The notes below the pieces were generated by a model that was given only the letters and a program-made list of their open reading frames with translations, made no database searches and was not told where the DNA came from. Both the position numbers and the translations under genes were made by a program. Below are positions 47,733 to 58,100 of a stretch of 64,000 nt of DNA, in pieces. Within the stretch, counting starts at the first letter, position 1; each line of letters begins with the position of its first letter. The DNA is from a virus (taxonomy: Duplodnaviria; Caudoviricetes): the IMG/VR virus record IMGVR_UViG_3300028886_000036, positions 64,001 through 128,000 of that record; one strand, written 5' to 3'.

Positions 47733-48848
47733 TTGAAAACTTATGAAAATGAAAGACATTTTTTAAGAAGAAATATAGACACTATTTTTTTAATGATGGG
47801 AAATGAATGCAATCTTAATTGTAGATATTGCTTACAGCATCCTTTAGTGGAACATCCGATTTCTCACGAAATAAATCCAGATATATACTATTTTATTGAG
47901 CAAGTTTGTAGGGAGAATATTCATCTTCCTTTAGATCTTCGTTTTTGGGGAGGAGAACCTTTAGTTTTTCTCCCCAATATTAAAAATGTAGTATATGAAA
48001 TAGAACAAAGAGATTTGCCAGTATCATTTAGTACAATGAGTAATGGTAAATTAGTAACTGAAGAATTAATAGAATATTTTAAAGAACATAACTTTAACTT
48101 TGCTATTAGTTGGGATGGAAGAAATAGTATAAAGACTAGAGGATATAATGCTTTTGAAGATAAGAAAGATATATTATTTCAGATGCCACATCTTTGTATA
48201 AGTGCTGTATTAAGTGCTTATGCATATCCTAAACAAATCTGTGAAGATTTTCAACAGCTAGATAATGAATATATGGAAAAAACTGGATACCACATTGGAA
48301 TGAATGTAGATGACATATTTAATACCGGAGATCTACCAGAAGATCTTTTAAATTTTGATTATGACAAGATAATATCTGAAATGATTGAGCTAACTAGCAT
48401 TTTTATAGAAGATAGACTCAACAATAATATGCCACCAGAACATTATGCTATAAACCATTATATTGGAAATATCTATGATTCTGTTAAGCATTTTTATAGT
48501 GCTGGAGACGATGCTACCTGGAATAATATCTGGTGTTGCTGCGGTAATGGTTATACAACTTTAAATCTTGGTATAGATGGAACATTATATCCATGTCATA
48601 ATACTAGTCATAGTGTAGGAAATATTAAAGATTCATATTTTCGTTATCTTAAAAATGTAATTAAGTATGATACTACATTTAGGCACCATTATGATAATAC
48701 GTGTAACGATTGCCCAGCAATAAGTTATTGTCATGGCGGATGTAAGTTAGTGTCTGATGAGAATAGGAATAAAACATATTGTAATTTAAAAAAAGCTATA
48801 GTTCTGCCTGTAATTCAGATGCTTACTGAATTAGGAACAGAACTATAA
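47733..48848 (+). CDS. Radical SAM/SPASM-domain enzyme
   Basis: CNLNCRYC (CxxxCxxC), FWGGEPL, SNG, ISWDG; SPASM CGNG..GTLYPCH..CNDC.....CHGGC..YC. Confidence 0.93.
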   Translation: MKTYENERHFLRRNIDTIFLMMGNECNLNCRYCLQHPLVEHPISHEINPDIYYFIEQVCRENIHLPLDLRFWGGEPLVFLPNIKNVVYEIEQRDLPVSFSTMSNGKLVTEELIEYFKEHNFNFAISWDGRNSIKTRGYNAFEDKKDILFQMPHLCISAVLSAYAYPKQICEDFQQLDNEYMEKTGYHIGMNVDDIFNTGDLPEDLLNFDYDKIISEMIELTSIFIEDRLNNNMPPEHYAINHYIGNIYDSVKHFYSAGDDATWNNIWCCCGNGYTTLNLGIDGTLYPCHNTSHSVGNIKDSYFRYLKNVIKYDTTFRHHYDNTCNDCPAISYCHGGCKLVSDENRNKTYCNLKKAIVLPVIQMLTELGTEL

Positions 48849-48866
48849 ACAAGGGGGAGTTGTTTT

Positions 48867-49271
48867 ATGGCTAAAAATGGTACTATAAATAAAACAACTT
48901 TTACCGATCAATCTAATATACAAGGCGGAACTTTAATATTAGCTAAAGCTATTCATGTTGCTGAATTGCGAACTGCTATTGGTAAACTTGAGCAATACTC
49001 TGTAAATGTAGATAATTGTGGTCAATGTGCTTGTCAGAATAAGTGTACTTGTCAATCCGATAAAGAATGTAGATGTGAATCATGTCAAGACGCATGCACA
49101 GAATGTACTTGTCAATCTGATAAGCAGTGTAGATGTGAATCATGCCAGGATGCGTGTATTGAATGTTCTTGTGAACAAGTTCGTTCTAATTCGTGTTCTA
49201 ATTGTGGATATAATAGTTGCGATTCTTGCTCAGGTGGAGACGATTGGGGAAGTAGCGGAGGTTATGAATAA
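48867..49271 (+). CDS. Cys-rich repeat protein 1 (21 Cys); candidate radical SAM substrate
   Basis: N-terminal KAIHVAELRTAI, tandem 20-aa CTCQSDKxCRCESCQDACxE repeats, C-terminal CSGGDDWGS; SD AAGGGGGAG. Confidence 0.8.
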   Translation: MAKNGTINKTTFTDQSNIQGGTLILAKAIHVAELRTAIGKLEQYSVNVDNCGQCACQNKCTCQSDKECRCESCQDACTECTCQSDKQCRCESCQDACIECSCEQVRSNSCSNCGYNSCDSCSGGDDWGSSGGYE

Positions 49272-49712
49272 ATGGCTACTTGGACAGATTCTACATTAAG
49301 TAATAAAATAAAAATTAAAGCTGTTCATGTCAATGAAGTTAAAAACGCAATTCAATCTCTTATAGATAAAGCTAAATTGTCATCTACAGTATCAATAGGC
49401 ACTATAAACACTAGTAAAAAAGTACTTGAATCTAATATTTCAAAGTTACAAAAATCTATAAATGCATTAGAAACCAACTTTTCTGGAAATTGTGCAAAAA
49501 CTCAATGTACTTCAAAATGTGAATCTTGTCAAGATTCGTGTACACAATGTAAGTGCCAATCTGATAAAGAATGTAAGTGCCAATCTTGTCAGGATACTTG
49601 TAAACAGTGTATATGCCAAACGGACAAATGTCAAAAATGCCAATCGCAATGTCAATGTTATGATGGATGCTATGACGGTTGCAGTGGCGGAGATGATTAT
49701 GGTTCTGAATAG
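49272..49712 (+). CDS. Cys-rich repeat protein 2 (19 Cys); candidate radical SAM substrate
   Basis: IKAVHVNEVKNAI, CxCQSDKECxCQSCQDxC repeats, C-terminal CSGGDDYGS. Confidence 0.8.
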   Translation: MATWTDSTLSNKIKIKAVHVNEVKNAIQSLIDKAKLSSTVSIGTINTSKKVLESNISKLQKSINALETNFSGNCAKTQCTSKCESCQDSCTQCKCQSDKECKCQSCQDTCKQCICQTDKCQKCQSQCQCYDGCYDGCSGGDDYGSE

Positions 49713-49735
49713 CTAGTATAGAGAGAAGGTCGGTT

Positions 49736-50308
49736 ATTATAATATCTTTAAAACCCTGGTATTCTAAACTACATTTAAAAGTATTAGATACCATAAATAA
49801 AGACATTTATAAGTTTATATATCACATTTCATTAAGAAACGACTATCTTGGTCTTGTTATGAAATGGGATCAATCATGTATTGAAATAATAAAAGAAACA
49901 TTGTTATTTAAAGATATATTTTATAATATAGAGATTTCTAGTATTGAGGATTATGAAAGTATTAATCTTTCATGTAAAGGAAATACACACAAGTTTCATT
50001 ATTTTTGTGAAGTATCTAAATATAATGATCTAAAAAGTATCCCATGTTTAGGGGTATATATGAGCAATGGAAAGTTTCCTTATAATGTTAGGGAATCCAT
50101 AATAAATAAGGGTGAAAATCTTAAAAGAGCTATGTTTAAGTTTAGTTCTATAGAAGATTATATTAGGTTAAATGATTATACTTTATTTTTAGATACTGAA
50201 GGAAATGTATATGACAATGTTCTTTTTATAAACAATGTATGCAATATTTTCAATGACAACATTGATGTAAAGTTGTTTGACTACATAAGAAAGAGAGTGA
50301 GCGTATGA
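49736..50308 (+). CDS. Hypothetical protein, possibly a degenerate rSAM/SPASM-like accessory; probable ATT/ATA start ~49736
   Basis: Frame is open 41 codons upstream of the track ATG 49859, with SD GAAGGT; C-terminal LFLDTEGNVY..VCNIF resembles SPASM strands lacking Cys. Confidence 0.5.
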   Translation: MIISLKPWYSKLHLKVLDTINKDIYKFIYHISLRNDYLGLVMKWDQSCIEIIKETLLFKDIFYNIEISSIEDYESINLSCKGNTHKFHYFCEVSKYNDLKSIPCLGVYMSNGKFPYNVRESIINKGENLKRAMFKFSSIEDYIRLNDYTLFLDTEGNVYDNVLFINNVCNIFNDNIDVKLFDYIRKRVSV

Positions 50309-51096
50309 TTAAAGTTATTAATAACACTTCATTAGTGTATGATATTACAAGAATACCACACATTAATCAGTATAGAGACATAACATTATATGCGTCAGAA
50401 ACAGAGGATCAGTTATATATAAAAGTTGCTTTTATATCTGGTACAGAAGCTTTTGAAAGCTATATCTTGGAGAAGACTTTTGATAAGAATGCTATTAAAG
50501 GTACATTATGTGATATAACTTTTATTAGATCTACATCATATTCGCCTTACAATATTTTTGTAATTGGTAGGAAGTTTAATCGTGTAGATGCTCCTTTAAG
50601 AAATCCAACTAATGAAAGAATATTTTCTTTTGCAACATTATATATAGCTAATAACGGCGATGTCTACATTATACCTAGGTGGAGACTTACACACACCAGT
50701 AATAAGTTTGATGGATGTGATTATTCTGAAGTTGCATTTAATGGTAGAACTCCACAAGAAATATTATTTGAGTTAGTACCAGAAACGGTAGATATCACTA
50801 AAGCGTGGTATATCAAAAAGGAAACTCTTGGTGACTCTATTGATACTAGAACATCTGTGACCTATTTAGAGAACCAAGTAGATGTTTTGTATAAGATTAT
50901 TGAAAAGCTTATAGCTGCTACAAATATAGATGTATCAGAATATGCTGACATTCTCGATGCTGTTGATAAAACTTCAGTAATGAATATTAACAGTATTGAA
51001 AAGATTGTAAATAAGATTAATAGAGATAAGAAATATATTAGAACTAAACAGAAAGAGTATCACGATAAATTAAAAGCAGCTGGGTTTGATGCCTAG
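50305..51096 (+). CDS. Hypothetical protein in the rSAM cluster
   Basis: ATGA-coupled to the upstream gene; helical C-terminus SVTYLENQVDVLYKII. Confidence 0.7.
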   Translation: MIKVINNTSLVYDITRIPHINQYRDITLYASETEDQLYIKVAFISGTEAFESYILEKTFDKNAIKGTLCDITFIRSTSYSPYNIFVIGRKFNRVDAPLRNPTNERIFSFATLYIANNGDVYIIPRWRLTHTSNKFDGCDYSEVAFNGRTPQEILFELVPETVDITKAWYIKKETLGDSIDTRTSVTYLENQVDVLYKIIEKLIAATNIDVSEYADILDAVDKTSVMNINSIEKIVNKINRDKKYIRTKQKEYHDKLKAAGFDA

Positions 51097-52009
51097 TTTA
51101 AAATTAAGAGTTGGAAGTAAGTGTAATCAGAACTGTAAGTTTTGTCATTCACATAAAGGGGATGAATATGTATTCAATCCTAAAATCATCCCCTTTATTA
51201 AATATAATGATTTTGATAATGTAACTTATGGCGGTGGGGAACCATTAGTATATTGGGATATTATTAAACTGATTGTTGAGTCTATACCAGACATTCATTA
51301 CACTATAGTTACAAACGGATCATTATTTAATGAGGAAATGTTAGAGTATTGTACTAAATACAACATTAGAATATACATTTCATTGACAGATTACACAAAT
51401 ATTTCCGACTATACCTATACATTAATAGGTAAAGTGCCACAACTTGGGACCGCAAAACTATATGATGGAACTAAAACTTTTCAAGAACTGGATAAATTAG
51501 TTGAAAACTTTAAGTTAAAAACTGGTAGAGATATAAATAGCTATTGGTATAACTTAATGCACACTACATGCAACAATCCTAGTATGGTTTACACTGATGA
51601 GATGAAAAAGCATTATATAGATAATATGAAAGAAAGGCTTAAGGATACATTATATTCTAAAAAAATAGGTTATCCTACTAAATGGTCATGCATGTCACAA
51701 GATCTTCACACATTTTTAGTAGGGAATAGAATTCAAGGATGCAATACATATAATCATACAACAATTAGTTTAGATGGCAGGTTTATGCCGTGCTCATATA
51801 TAGCAGAATATGGTGCTTCGATAGAAGATTTATATAATTATGATATTCCAAAGTTAAAATCTGAAAAGTGCTATGATTGTAATTTAGTATATAAGTGTCA
51901 TTCTTGTTATAAAACTTTAAACAATGATCAATGTGAAATTTATAATGAATTGTATAGTTATGTTGAGAAAATTTGTAACGAATACAATTTAGATATAGAT
52001 AAATTATAA
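51086..52009 (+). CDS. Second radical SAM/SPASM-type enzyme
   Basis: CNQNCKFC, YGGGEPL, VTNG; GC..ISLDGRFMPC..CYDC.....CHSC..QC. Confidence 0.92.
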   Translation: MMPSLKLRVGSKCNQNCKFCHSHKGDEYVFNPKIIPFIKYNDFDNVTYGGGEPLVYWDIIKLIVESIPDIHYTIVTNGSLFNEEMLEYCTKYNIRIYISLTDYTNISDYTYTLIGKVPQLGTAKLYDGTKTFQELDKLVENFKLKTGRDINSYWYNLMHTTCNNPSMVYTDEMKKHYIDNMKERLKDTLYSKKIGYPTKWSCMSQDLHTFLVGNRIQGCNTYNHTTISLDGRFMPCSYIAEYGASIEDLYNYDIPKLKSEKCYDCNLVYKCHSCYKTLNNDQCEIYNELYSYVEKICNEYNLDIDKL

Positions 52010-52025
52010 TAAGGAGGTGTAACAT

Positions 52026-55000
52026 TTGCCCGAAAAATTAAAAGAAAACTTATATAACTATCCAAACAACCCTAATCCAATTAACCCAGATTATCCTTTA
52101 GAAGCTATTTTAACTGAAGCACATATGCAAAATACTATTACTTCAGATATGGTATCTATAGTAGCTGCAAAAGGAAAAATCCCTATTGGAAATCCAGAGG
52201 ATAGTTATAAACTTGATAGTAGTTGGTTGGGAATAGATCCTGATGCATCTTATGCAGTAGACGCTACTACCACTAGAAAAGGTATTATAGAAATAGCTAC
52301 AGAAGCTGAAGCTAAAACTGGTACAGACACAGAAAGGGCAGTTACTCCAGCGGGTGTTAAAGCTAGTATTTTACAAAACACTCCTAAAGCTACTACAGCA
52401 CAATCTGGCGTAGTTACATTAACTAATCTTATAGATAATTCTCAAGATAAAGCTGTTACACCATATGCTATACAAAACTATTTAAGCAGTAGTAATTTTT
52501 CAAAAGCTTCATATACTGGATATGGGATAACCAAATTTGCTAGCACTACAAATGTTGCAAAAGTATTAACTGATTCAGCTACTAAACCAATTAATACACT
52601 TAAAAATGATACTAACTATAAAGAACAAGCTGTAGATCCATATTCATTGTATAATTATGTTTCTAATAATACAATGTATTTTAATGTTAACAAACAGTCT
52701 GTTGGTGGTATTATTTTTAGAGATTTAAGTGAAGACGATACAGCTACTAGAGTAACTGCTACTGAAAGAGCTAGACTATACGTTAATAAAGATAATGGCA
52801 ACACTTATTTAAAAGTTAATGGCAGAACTGCTACACTTTTAGATAATGCAGGTAATAGCGCTTTTCCTGTAAGCATTACAGCAAGTACGTCTGTAATTAC
52901 TCCATTAATTAAACAGTCAAACGGTAATGCTCCTAAATTAGGAACTAAAAAAATTGGAGATACAAATAAGCCTATTTATATTGCTAGCGATGGAACTATA
53001 TCAGAATGTAATAATATAGATACTGTTAATAACGCTACTAACGCTACTAATGCCACTAATGCTGATAAGGCTATTAAAGACGGTAACGGTAATATAATTA
53101 CAAGTACTTATCTTCCATTAGCTGGTGGAACTATGACTGGGCCAATTAAGGCAAAAACAACTTTTACGGATGCTAACGGGGCAGAAAAAAGCCATACGTA
53201 TAGTATTATAGATTTTAAAACAAGTGGGACAACAGCTGGAAATAATGTTGCATTTGGTGGTAACAGTAACGCCATTTTTGGCTCTGGTGAGTCTTTTATA
53301 AATCAATTAAATGCATTAGACGGAGTTGAAGCTGAAGATCTTTATTTGGTGTCTGATGGAAATATCCATGTAAAGATGAGCGAAAACAACTTTGCTAATT
53401 GCAGAGAAATATTTATAGATAAAAAATATGGTCAGATAACTACACCTAGCAATATTTTAACTAAATCTCCTGCTGTAGTTAGAGGCACTGCTCCAAGCTC
53501 TAATATAGAATTTTCTACATTTGATTTTAGAGATTGTGGAACAAGTTCCGGTAATCATAGAATAGGATTAGTTTCCACAGTTTATAAAACAGATAAATCC
53601 TCTTATACTGGTATGTATGCGTACGATACCACAGTTGCTACAGGTAATTCACCAGCAGATTGGTGGTTAGGTATTGGTTGCGATAAAAATGCTAAAGTTT
53701 ATACTCACGCTCCAACACCAGCAGCTACATCAAATGATACTAATATAGCCACTACAGCATTTGTTAAAACAGCTATATCTAATAATAACTCTAGCTATTT
53801 GCCATTGGCTGGAGGAACTATGACTGGACAGATTACCTCAAGTGTATCTTCCGCTTATTGGGTTGATATAGCGGCAAAGAGTTCAATAATTGCTTCAAAT
53901 AATACTTCTGGGGCTTATGGATGGTTAAGTGGTTATACAAAGAGTTATAGAGTTATGCTTGGTGCGTATCCCGGAAACGACGAGATGATACAGCTTTATT
54001 CATATACTAAAGCAAGAGCATCTGCAGGCGGAAAAACTAATAATACACCAACTAGCTATTTTACTTGGAATGCTGCAACTGGAGAAATCAGAAATTCTGG
54101 AGGAGCAACACTTTCAAGTACATTAAACATTGCACCAGGCGCAGCTAATAATTACTCCGAAGGAATTAGAATACAAAAAGCTACTAATAATTGGGCAACT
54201 ATAGTATTAGGATGTAAAGCAGGGACTGTTAACGGCAATCCAGCAACTAATGGCGGATGGTTTATTGGTAATAATACTTCTAATCAACTTGTTATAAATA
54301 ATACAGATTCTAGCACTGGAAAAGCTTCTATTTGGATAGATACTGATAAAAAAGTAACTATGACTGGAGCATGTAATGTAGTAGGCACTATAACTCAAAA
54401 TGGAACTGCAGTGTCTCTAAACGGTCATACACATTCTTATGCCGCTTCAAATCATAGTCACAGTGATTATTTACCATTAGCTGGCGGAACTATGACTGGT
54501 AATATTACTAGAAAAAACACATCAGTCACTAGAGGAACAGCTCCATCTTCTAATCAATATATGTCAACATATTATCAAGATTCAAAGGGGAATGCCATAG
54601 GATGCTTTGAAAGTGGATACTATAAAGATAAATCCGCTAAAACAGGTATGTATACTTATAATACTACAGTAGCATCTGGAGGAAGCGTAGGAAGTGTAGG
54701 AGTAGGTTGTGATAAAAATGGTAATGTTTATACATGGGCACCTACACCAGCATCTGGAGATAATAGCACAAAAATAGCCACAACAGCATTTGTTAAATCC
54801 GCTTTAGCTTCTGTAAAAGATGAAGTAGTTTCTAAAAAAACTGGATACTTTTATATAGGTGATGTAATTATACAGTATGGATATTATAATGGTCAAAAAG
54901 GTGAAGGAGACCAATATAATAAAGATAAAAACGAAATTCAACTTTTAGTTCCCATAAAGACAGTATATAGCTTAATGGCTACTAGTAGATCTAGAATTAA

Positions 55001-55166
55001 TAGATGGGATAAGGGTGGATGCATGATTACTAACAATGAGCTTAGATACGATAAAAATGGAAAGTTAGTTGCTTTTAAAATTAGTTGTGGAGATTATCAA
55101 GGATCTAGGGCTGGTGATAATACCGATTGGGGAGCTTATTGGATGGTAATAGGAACTAATTCATAG
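52026..55166 (+). CDS. Tail fibre protein
   Basis: ATTTRKGIIEIATEAEAKTGTDTERAVTP (T4 gp34/gp12-like repeat), shared RGTAPS modules, C-terminal IIQYG..YWMVIG domain. Confidence 0.87.
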   Translation: MPEKLKENLYNYPNNPNPINPDYPLEAILTEAHMQNTITSDMVSIVAAKGKIPIGNPEDSYKLDSSWLGIDPDASYAVDATTTRKGIIEIATEAEAKTGTDTERAVTPAGVKASILQNTPKATTAQSGVVTLTNLIDNSQDKAVTPYAIQNYLSSSNFSKASYTGYGITKFASTTNVAKVLTDSATKPINTLKNDTNYKEQAVDPYSLYNYVSNNTMYFNVNKQSVGGIIFRDLSEDDTATRVTATERARLYVNKDNGNTYLKVNGRTATLLDNAGNSAFPVSITASTSVITPLIKQSNGNAPKLGTKKIGDTNKPIYIASDGTISECNNIDTVNNATNATNATNADKAIKDGNGNIITSTYLPLAGGTMTGPIKAKTTFTDANGAEKSHTYSIIDFKTSGTTAGNNVAFGGNSNAIFGSGESFINQLNALDGVEAEDLYLVSDGNIHVKMSENNFANCREIFIDKKYGQITTPSNILTKSPAVVRGTAPSSNIEFSTFDFRDCGTSSGNHRIGLVSTVYKTDKSSYTGMYAYDTTVATGNSPADWWLGIGCDKNAKVYTHAPTPAATSNDTNIATTAFVKTAISNNNSSYLPLAGGTMTGQITSSVSSAYWVDIAAKSSIIASNNTSGAYGWLSGYTKSYRVMLGAYPGNDEMIQLYSYTKARASAGGKTNNTPTSYFTWNAATGEIRNSGGATLSSTLNIAPGAANNYSEGIRIQKATNNWATIVLGCKAGTVNGNPATNGGWFIGNNTSNQLVINNTDSSTGKASIWIDTDKKVTMTGACNVVGTITQNGTAVSLNGHTHSYAASNHSHSDYLPLAGGTMTGNITRKNTSVTRGTAPSSNQYMSTYYQDSKGNAIGCFESGYYKDKSAKTGMYTYNTTVASGGSVGSVGVGCDKNGNVYTWAPTPASGDNSTKIATTAFVKSALASVKDEVVSKKTGYFYIGDVIIQYGYYNGQKGEGDQYNKDKNEIQLLVPIKTVYSLMATSRSRINRWDKGGCMITNNELRYDKNGKLVAFKISCGDYQGSRAGDNTDWGAYWMVIGTNS

Positions 55167-55179
55167 GAGGTGAACAATC

Positions 55180-58100
55180 ATAGCTATTAAAACCGAATCT
55201 TCAAAAAGCATAAAATACAAACTTACTGAAGCTTATTTAGATAAAGTACTTACTACTGACAATATTGCATATGAAGCTAGTGATGTTACATTACCTGTAG
55301 CTGAAAACAATAAAGTAGTAGTTACCAACGATTATGGATTAGTAGATTATTCTTTTATAGAACCATACACCACTAGTGTATATGATACTGATACAGATAC
55401 ATCTATAGTAGTTACAAGTGGCGATACAGGAAGAATAAACAACTCATTGTTAAATACTACTAATTCTAAAACTAATGGAGCTAATAAAGTTGTTGTAACA
55501 GATAATGCTGGTTTAATAAATTATAACTTATTAAAAGCTTCTACTACTCCAACAGCAAGTTATATACCAATAGCAAATTCATCAAATAAACTTGATAATA
55601 ATTGGTTAAACAATGTTGTAAGTTCTAGTGGCGCTACTGATAAAAGTAAGTTTGTATTAACTAATTCTAGTGGTAAAATTAATAACAACTTATTAAATAC
55701 TACTACAACTCCAACTGCATCTTCTATTCCATTGAGTGATTCAAATGGTAAAATAAATGATGCTTGGTTAACTACTACAGTAACTTCTACACCTAATACA
55801 ATAGTTAAGTTGGATTCTACTGGAAAGTTAGATGCTTCATTAATTAAAACCGGGTTGTTCATCCCAATGACTGGTGGAGAACCTAGTGGTAATATTTTAG
55901 TAACTAGACCGGGAGATAGTGCTAATAAATCTTTAGATAATCTTAAATCTAAATATCCAAATTTCTACGGGTTTGGTGCTAATTCATATACAGATGGATT
56001 TTTAATCGGTTTAGATGGTTCTAGTAACTCTAATAATTATTTAGTAATAGCTACATTAGACGATGGTAATGAGCCAATTTATGTTAGACAATATGGTGGT
56101 ACACAAGGCTATCTAAATATGGCTAATAATGTAGCACATGAATTAACTTTAATGGATAAAGATGGATATACATCAGTTTTAAAGTTAACTTCTGCTAATG
56201 ATATTATTAGTACTAACGGAGGACTATCTGTTAAAAGTAACATTACATCAACTAATGGAAACTTATCAATAAATGGCACTTCTAGTTTAAAAGGAAATGT
56301 TAGTGTTGGAGAATCTACTTCAAAACCTGCCAATTTAACTGTATATGGTACAGGATATTTTGTTAGAACTACAGATGCTGCTGGAGCAACTAATAATAAA
56401 CCTGCTTTAATAGTTGGTGGTTTAGACACAGCTATGCATCTTGAGCTTGATGGTAATGAAATTCAAGCCAAGGCAGATGGAACTAACTATGGCACAATAG
56501 GTATTAATATTGATGGTGGAAATGTTTCTGTTGGTAATGATGATAAAAATTCAACAGTTACTTTAAGAAAAAACACAACTATAACTGGAACTGGTACTAT
56601 AGCCGGTAATACAACAATTGGCAATGACAATTCTAAAAGCACCCTTAAAGTATTTGGTGGGGTTACAGCAGATAATGGTTTAACTGTTAATAATGCTGTA
56701 TTAACTGCTAATAAGGGTGCTACTATTAAGGGCGCTGTACTTGATGCTCAAGCTGGAACTAAAACTACTACATTAAATGCTACTGGTGCTGCCACTTTAG
56801 GAAGTACTTTAAGTGTTACTGGTGCTAGTACATTAACTGGGGCTGTAGAAGCTAAAAACGGTATAAATGTAACTGGAGGTAATATTACAATTACTGCTGG
56901 TGCAAGTACAACTAGCGGTATTGCGAATTATATTAGGGGGCAAACTGCTGCTAATGACCATTGGAGAATTGCTGGAGGTGCTACGGCATCTAATTCTGGT
57001 TATCTAGAATTAGCTACTGCAGATGATTCAACAGAGCCAATTCATATTAGACAATATAGTGGAGATTTTGCTACTCTTAAACGCACTGCGACTTTGCTAG
57101 ACGGTTCTGGCAATACTACATTCCCAGGAACAGTAACTGCAGGAGGGTTATCAACTACTGGGGCAGTTTCTGTTGGCTCTCTAAAATCAACCGGCTTAGT
57201 AGAAGCTGGTAGCATGAAAAGCAATGGTACCTTTTCAGCCAGTGGCAATACAACTATTGGTGGTACTTTAGGAGTTACTGGAGCTACTACGTTAAGTAAT
57301 ACTTTAACAGTTACTAAATCTACTACATTAAACGATTCATTAACTGTATCAAAAGCTACTACTATTGGAGGATTACTTACTGCTAATGGTCATATAATTA
57401 TACCTAATGGTGGAAATGTTGTAAGTGCATCTTATAATAGTCCCCATTTAACATTAGGGTCAAGTACAGGAACACATATCGAAATAGATAATAATGAAAT
57501 AGCAGCTAAAGCAAGCGCTTCTGATGTTGGTGTTTTATATCTTCAAGATGGCGGTGGTAGTGTTAAGATTGGCGGTGGAGAAGGTACTGCCGACTTACAA
57601 GTATGTGGTAAGGTTCTTATAGATAATGGAAAAACTTTGAATATGAGAGCCGAAGATGGTAGTGAAAGAGTAGTCCTTAGAATATCTAGAACTGGCGGTC
57701 ATGGTGGTGGTGGTGACGATGTATTTTTAACCGGCGGCGGCAATATGACAGCTATATTTAGCGGAGATGCGTATGGTGACTGGTCTTCTTACGTTAATAA
57801 TAATTCTTTAGCTACTATTGAAGCAGAAGGATTATGGTCTGTTAAAGCTGCTGAGGAAAAGGATGCCAATGGTAATACAGTCATTAATAAGTATGTAGTA
57901 GGTGTTGGTAATGGTAAAGGTGGATATAGTGATGATTTATATTTAATGGCTGATAAAGACCTTATTATTCAAACTTGTATACATAAGTTTGATAGTCAAG
58001 CATCTGGATATTTTGGATATAAAAATAGAAAAAGTTTTGTGTTTGGTAATAGCGGTAATTTAACAGTTCCAGGTGTTGTAAAGTGTAATAATGGTTCAGC

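Noticed and set aside
49018-49716. Alternative-frame Val/Asn-rich ORFs 49018..49299 and 49492..49716
   Set aside because: Shadows of the repeated TGT/CAA codons of the Cys-rich genes; no SD
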